The notes under the pieces were generated by a model. It did not search any database, had not been told where the DNA came from, and worked only from the letters and a program-made list of their open reading frames with translations. From Candidatus Limnocylindrales bacterium (GTDB lineage Bacteria > Chloroflexota > Limnocylindria > Limnocylindrales > CSP1-4), in NCBI GenBank assembly GCA_049520815.1, contig JBEKPL010000001.1, positions 2,847 to 66,846 on the forward strand: DNA of 64,000 bases, given 5' to 3'. The translations under genes were made by a program, and so were the position numbers. Below, piece by piece: positions 59,559-64,000 of the stretch (position 1 is the stretch's first letter; the number at the start of each line of letters is the position of its first letter).

Positions 59559-61421
59559 TCACCAGACGCCGTCCACCACCATCCGGGCTGCCCAGGCCTC
59601 CACCGCGGGTGGGAACTCGTTGCGGATCTGTGTCCAGCTGTGCACCCAGATCGACTTGACCGCGTCGTACCCGATGTGGTTCTTGGCCAGGATCTTCTCG
59701 AAGTTCTGGGCCTGCGGTCCGAAGAGTTCCTGTGTCGGTGAGGCAACGATGATGAAGAAGGAGCGTGCCTTCTCCTCGTCAGAGAGGCGGGGTACCAGCA
59801 GAGCCGGAGAGACCTTGTCCATCTCGGCCTGACTGTTGCCGTACGGACGGGGGGCGGAGCCCGACCCGATGCCGGCGTAGAAGTAGCCCGAGAACGAGAT
59901 GGAGGTGGAGAACACATCGGGGTGCCGCGAGAGCAGCATTGCGGCGCAGAACCCACCCGCGGACTGGCCCATGATGCCCCGTGCGATCGGGTCCCTGATG
60001 GTATGGAAGGCGAAGTCGACGTATTGCACGACGTCGACCGAAATGAAGGTTTCGAGCCACATCCTCTTGTCGGTCGAGTCCGCGCACTGGCTGTCCGGGA
60101 AGGTGGCACCTTGGGAGTCTATGAACACGACCAGCGCGGCAGGCATAGCCCCGGAATCGATCAGCTGGTCCAATGCCCCGATGACGCCCGTTCCCGAGTT
60201 CCACAATTCCAGCCCGGTGGGGGCCTCGTACAACACGGGATAGAGCCGATCGCCCTCGGGGTCGTACCCAGGTGGGGTGTAGACGTTGATGTCGACGGTG
60301 TCGAGAGTGCCGCCCGTCCAGGGCGCGGGGAAGCGAACCGGCGTCACGTGGCCGTTACCTGTCGGCTTCCAGGCCAGCCACGGCTTGGTGCTGGGGCTGG
60401 CATGCGGAGTTGGGCTCGGCGTAGGTGACGGCGTCGCCAGCTGGCTACTCGGCGTGGCCGAGGACGCAGGCGTCGGCGTTGGCGTTTCGAGCGGGCTCGG
60501 CGTAGTACTCTCGACCGGGATGGAGTAGTCAGGCGCCAGCGCGACGAAGTGACCGCCGTTGAGCATCAATGCGTCCGGCGCGAGGTTGACCATGTCGCCG
60601 AAGGCCGGGACGGTGACGACGAGGAGGCCCAGGATGAGGGCGGCGGCCACCGGCCGGTGCGCTGCCCGTCGGTTTGGCCGCCGGGCCTCCACCATCTCGC
60701 GGACGGAGGCTCCGGTCGCGACCAGCGACGGTCTGATTGCAGCCGCAAGCGTGGCACCTGCCCACGCCGAGATGAAGCTCATCACTACGAGCGTGACCAG
60801 GGTGACGATCCAGCCGATCAGGTCGAAGGACCCCAGGGCGCCGGTCGCGGACAGCGCGTTATGCGTCTCGGCCGTGAACGTCTCACCGAACAGCGCAACC
60901 ATGGCCCAAGTGCCCAGCAACGCCCCGATCGCCGGACGATCGGTCGCGAGCGTAACGGCAACGGCGGCGACGGCGGCGACGATGAGCGCCGCGATCAGTT
61001 GAGCCCGATCCGGATCGAAGCCCATGATCACGAGAGTGCGATCGGTCTCCTCGACCGTGCCTGAGAGCACGGCCACCAGCACCACCAGGATCGCGACGAC
61101 CAGGCCGATGAGGAGCCGCGGGGTCTTCCTCAAGGCACCGACGGGCAGCCGCCCGATCTTGCGCAGGCCGCCTGGTAGCCGGCGAATCCGGCCGAGGCGA
61201 GCGACGCTGGTCTCGTCGGGCTCGCCGATTGTGGCAGCCTCGAGCTGGCCCTCCTGAGCCGGCCGATCGACGAGAGTCCGGTCGGGCTCGCTCTTGGTCG
61301 CAGTCTGTAGTTGGGGCATCGTGCCCAGGCGACCGGCCAGTAGCTCGTCGGCCTCGCTGGCAGCGGCCGTCTCAGGCGGGCCGCTCTGAGGCAGGCCGGC
61401 TTTGCGGCGGAGAGACTTCAT
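59559..61421 (-). CDS. membrane-anchored α/β-hydrolase (putative esterase family, GxSxG = GQSAGG) with Pro/Thr/Ser linker
   Basis: About 6 TM helices sit in the N-terminal half. A PT-rich linker follows. The C-terminal esterase domain reads …IMGQSAGGFCAAMLLSRHPDVF…. The gene is translationally coupled (ATGA) to the upstream MprF-like gene. Confidence 0.7.
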   Translation of the reverse strand: MKSLRRKAGLPQSGPPETAAASEADELLAGRLGTMPQLQTATKSEPDRTLVDRPAQEGQLEAATIGEPDETSVARLGRIRRLPGGLRKIGRLPVGALRKTPRLLIGLVVAILVVLVAVLSGTVEETDRTLVIMGFDPDRAQLIAALIVAAVAAVAVTLATDRPAIGALLGTWAMVALFGETFTAETHNALSATGALGSFDLIGWIVTLVTLVVMSFISAWAGATLAAAIRPSLVATGASVREMVEARRPNRRAAHRPVAAALILGLLVVTVPAFGDMVNLAPDALMLNGGHFVALAPDYSIPVESTTPSPLETPTPTPASSATPSSQLATPSPTPSPTPHASPSTKPWLAWKPTGNGHVTPVRFPAPWTGGTLDTVDINVYTPPGYDPEGDRLYPVLYEAPTGLELWNSGTGVIGALDQLIDSGAMPAALVVFIDSQGATFPDSQCADSTDKRMWLETFISVDVVQYVDFAFHTIRDPIARGIMGQSAGGFCAAMLLSRHPDVFSTSISFSGYFYAGIGSGSAPRPYGNSQAEMDKVSPALLVPRLSDEEKARSFFIIVASPTQELFGPQAQNFEKILAKNHIGYDAVKSIWVHSWTQIRNEFPPAVEAWAARMVVDGVW

Positions 61422-63148
61422 GCAGCGGCAGCCAGCGGTGCGGTGCGACGGCGACCGGGCAGACGAAGAGCGCCGGAGAGGTGGACGCGCATCAGACCGA
61501 TCGTGAACCCGATGAGGTCGTGGCGCCTGCGCATCGCCCCATAGCGCGGTATCCAGTACGGGTCGAACTTCCTCTTGAAGACGAACAGGCCGCGCACGTC
61601 GTACCAGCGACCGACGAGCCGGCCGGCGTTGGCGAGCAGGCGCTCCTCAAACGTTCCAGTCACACGGTCGAGACCGGCGAGAGGGGCCATGCCCAGCGAC
61701 AGGGTGCTCGCGCCTGCGGCCCGGAAGGCGACCGCCGCCTCGGCGATGCACGCCTCTACAACGCCCGGCGGACCGTCGGGGGCACGGCGCATCAGGTCGA
61801 GAACCCAGCCGCCGTCGACGCCGGTCCTGCGGAACGTCGTGTAGCCGAGCGCGCGCCCGGACGGGTCCACCGCCAGCGAGATCGGCTGCCAGGCCAACGC
61901 GGTCCGGTCGAAGTGGCTGATCGTGAAGCCCATCTGCGGGCCGGCACCCTTGCGCCAGGTCGCGTCGATGGCCTCGAGATCGGCGAGGAGCGCTTTCTCC
62001 TCCGCCGGCATGCCGTGAGCGAACCAGCGGAACGTGACACCGTCTTTGCGACATCGGGTGATGGTGTGGCGCAGGTTGGCCCGTCGCGGGCCGGTGAGAT
62101 CGAACGTTGAGAGGTCGACGATCGCCTCTTCGCCGACCTTGAACATACGGAATCCGGCGCCCACGAGCAGCGCCCGGCTGGCCGCGCTCGCCTGGTAGAC
62201 GACAGGCAACCGGCCGAGCTTCCGGCATCGAGCCAGAAACTCGGAGAACACCTTCGTCGACGCCTCAGGCGAACCGATCGGATCGCCCAGGACGACAGCC
62301 GTTCGACCGGCCAGGCCATAGACGACGATGCCGTCTGCGTCCGGCGGGCTGAAGACGTGCTTGTCCTCGCCTAGCTGGAACGGCAGCAGCGCGCCGCAGC
62401 CGTACTTCTCAGCGATGGCGCGCCCTCGGGCTCGGGTCGTTGGATCGACCGGCGGCTCCGGCACGCGGCTGAGAACGCCGAGGGCGGCCAGCACTATCGG
62501 CAGGCGAGAGGCCAGGATCAGCAGGCCGACGAGCGCGTCGCGGCTGGTGCGGTGAAGGACGCGGTCGGCCGTGGCGTCGCTCATACCGAGGGCGTTGCCG
62601 AGCGCCGAGGTGATGTCGCCCACGGCGCCAAGCGGCGTGGGCCAGGTGCCCGTGGCGGCGAGGATCAGTGAGGTCTCGAGTCCGATCGCCAGGCCGCCCA
62701 CCGCGAGCAGGGCCAGGATGCGACGGCGCCAGCTGGCCGCGGTCTCGACCTCATAGCGACGCCGGTCCGCGAGAAGCACGGCCAGCAGGCCGCCTATGAC
62801 CAGGACCCCGACCGGACGCGACAGTGCCCGGGCCTGACCGATCAGCGAGACAGCCAGGATGGCGATGGCGAGCCACCATGCGACGGATCTGCCTCGGACC
62901 AGTCCAAGTGCCAGGGCGCCGAGGCCGATGGCCCACAGCACCGCCAGGATCGGATCTTCCGCGGCCGGATCCATGGGCAGGTACCCGTCGAGCCATCCGG
63001 TCGTGGGGCGGAGGAATGTGAAGGCGTAGGCGAGCGATGCCGCGGCGCTGACCGCCAGCAGAAGTGCGGGCGCCCACGAGCCGAAACCCACCGCCGCCCG
63101 CAAGGGGTAGCGGCCCCGGGTCAGTTGCCTCGATCCGCCCGCAGTCAT
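61418..63148 (-). CDS. MprF-like aminoacyl-phosphatidylglycerol synthase (N-terminal flippase-like TM domain + C-terminal DUF2156/LPG-synthase domain)
   Basis: The C-terminal domain …LLPFQLGEDKHVFSPPDADGIVVYGLAGRTAVVLGDPIG…FDPYWIPRY is typical of the lysyl-PG synthase C-terminus. The start was chosen at Met 63148 (MTAGGSRQL…), although the ORF extends to 63310. Confidence 0.7.
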   Translation of the reverse strand: MTAGGSRQLTRGRYPLRAAVGFGSWAPALLLAVSAAASLAYAFTFLRPTTGWLDGYLPMDPAAEDPILAVLWAIGLGALALGLVRGRSVAWWLAIAILAVSLIGQARALSRPVGVLVIGGLLAVLLADRRRYEVETAASWRRRILALLAVGGLAIGLETSLILAATGTWPTPLGAVGDITSALGNALGMSDATADRVLHRTSRDALVGLLILASRLPIVLAALGVLSRVPEPPVDPTTRARGRAIAEKYGCGALLPFQLGEDKHVFSPPDADGIVVYGLAGRTAVVLGDPIGSPEASTKVFSEFLARCRKLGRLPVVYQASAASRALLVGAGFRMFKVGEEAIVDLSTFDLTGPRRANLRHTITRCRKDGVTFRWFAHGMPAEEKALLADLEAIDATWRKGAGPQMGFTISHFDRTALAWQPISLAVDPSGRALGYTTFRRTGVDGGWVLDLMRRAPDGPPGVVEACIAEAAVAFRAAGASTLSLGMAPLAGLDRVTGTFEERLLANAGRLVGRWYDVRGLFVFKRKFDPYWIPRYGAMRRRHDLIGFTIGLMRVHLSGALRLPGRRRTAPLAAAA

Positions 63149-63345
63149 TGTTTGCACCCTCGGCGATGGACGACAGCCGACCGTTCGTCGGTCATGCTCG
63201 GCAAAGAACGGCCCGCTCCCGCCAAAGAAGACGCGTGAATCGAGCCGAGATCTCGGTGCCCGCAGACGGCCGAGTTGTATCGCGTAGCGGGCCTTCGCGA
63301 GCCCGCGCAACGACCCCTCGCCATGTCAGATGCTCCCCTGGATCC

Positions 63346-63987
63346 CTACGCCGGTCCTGGCTCCGGCGCCATGACTTCGTAGTGGTCGGCGATAGCCGGA
63401 CGTTCGATGTCCTCGAGTTCCGTGTCGGTCAATGCGCTGTTGAGACGGCCTCCAGTCGCCGTCAGCAGAAGGTCCCATTTGGCCCAGGCCGTCAGAACGA
63501 CAACGCTGGCCTCACCCGCCTGCGTGGCCGGTCCATCCTGGTCCGTGCTGACCCCCGCCACGACGGTGAGGAGGCCCTTCTTCGAGGCCAGCTGACCGAC
63601 GGGTTCGAGGGTCCGCCGCTCCCATGTCTCCACCGCATCGGCTGCGATCGAGGTCCTGTAGAGTCGCAGGACTCGCGCTCCCTCGCAGCCCAACCCGGTC
63701 GAGGCCACTACACGATACCGGCTCGGACGCTTCGCGCCAAGCAGTTCGGACTTCGCGGCCAGGAATCCCGGGACGCCCGCCTCGTCAATGCCGTGCCGCA
63801 GGGTCTCCCAGTCGCTCCAGACGGTGGCGGCCAGATGCTCCCGGCCGTGCGTGCCGAGACGCCGGCCGGCGTACCTGCAGGCGAGACCTTGATCCGGCGG
63901 CGCCACCAGCGCCTGATGGCAGAGGTAGCCCACGACTTCCGCTTCGTGACCGGGAACGACCCGATACTCCAGCAGGTGAACGATCAC
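63346..63987 (-). CDS. hypothetical protein (213 aa; possible dimeric α+β-barrel/ABM-like)
   Basis: The clean ORF starts 13 nt from the window end. No confident family was recognised. Confidence 0.4.
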   Translation of the reverse strand: MIVHLLEYRVVPGHEAEVVGYLCHQALVAPPDQGLACRYAGRRLGTHGREHLAATVWSDWETLRHGIDEAGVPGFLAAKSELLGAKRPSRYRVVASTGLGCEGARVLRLYRTSIAADAVETWERRTLEPVGQLASKKGLLTVVAGVSTDQDGPATQAGEASVVVLTAWAKWDLLLTATGGRLNSALTDTELEDIERPAIADHYEVMAPEPGPA

Positions 63988-64000
63988 TGTCCAAGGCCCC

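Overview
This is a high-GC (~70%) bacterial chromosomal segment, likely Actinobacteria- or Chloroflexi-like. Most minus-strand long ORFs opposite real genes are GC-driven artefacts. Left to right it contains:
- A 5'-partial RecB-family nuclease gene at the window edge, which the ORF track missed.
- An MFS transporter, and a MarR–RND efflux pair.
- A SAM-dependent methyltransferase, and a KimA-like APC permease divergent from a kdp locus.
- The kdp locus, which has an unusual layout. The KdpD sensor is split: an N-terminal KdpD/Usp gene sits after kdpC, and two separate C-terminal kinase paralogs each have their own KdpE-like regulator. A hypothetical ORF, a CheY-like receiver and two tandem small hydrophobic peptides (one KdpF-like) lie between kdpE and kdpFABC, all chained by ATGA/GTGA overlaps.
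- A DUF2029/GT87-like membrane protein coupled to a methyltransferase whose reading frame carries an in-frame TAG.
- A class-I GATase, and a CE7 esterase translationally coupled to two GT-C (ArnT/PMT-like) glycosyltransferases, convergent with a zinc-ribbon membrane protein that has a long Pro/Thr-rich ectodomain linker.
- A GH94×2 / Opp-type ABC / LacI / GH130 oligosaccharide phosphorolysis locus.
- An ArsR–ArsP(TPFCSCS)–thioredoxin operon, and metF.
- A tRNA-Gly(UCC) with two extra direct copies of its 3' half. These delimit two tandem integrated islands. One carries an S1 protease–MoxR–DUF58–VWA–VWA (Bat-like) operon. The other carries an IS3-family element with a frameshifted orfB and a low-GC MDR oxidoreductase.
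- An MprF-like aminoacyl-phosphatidylglycerol synthase coupled to an α/β-hydrolase.

No CRISPR array or rRNA gene is present.
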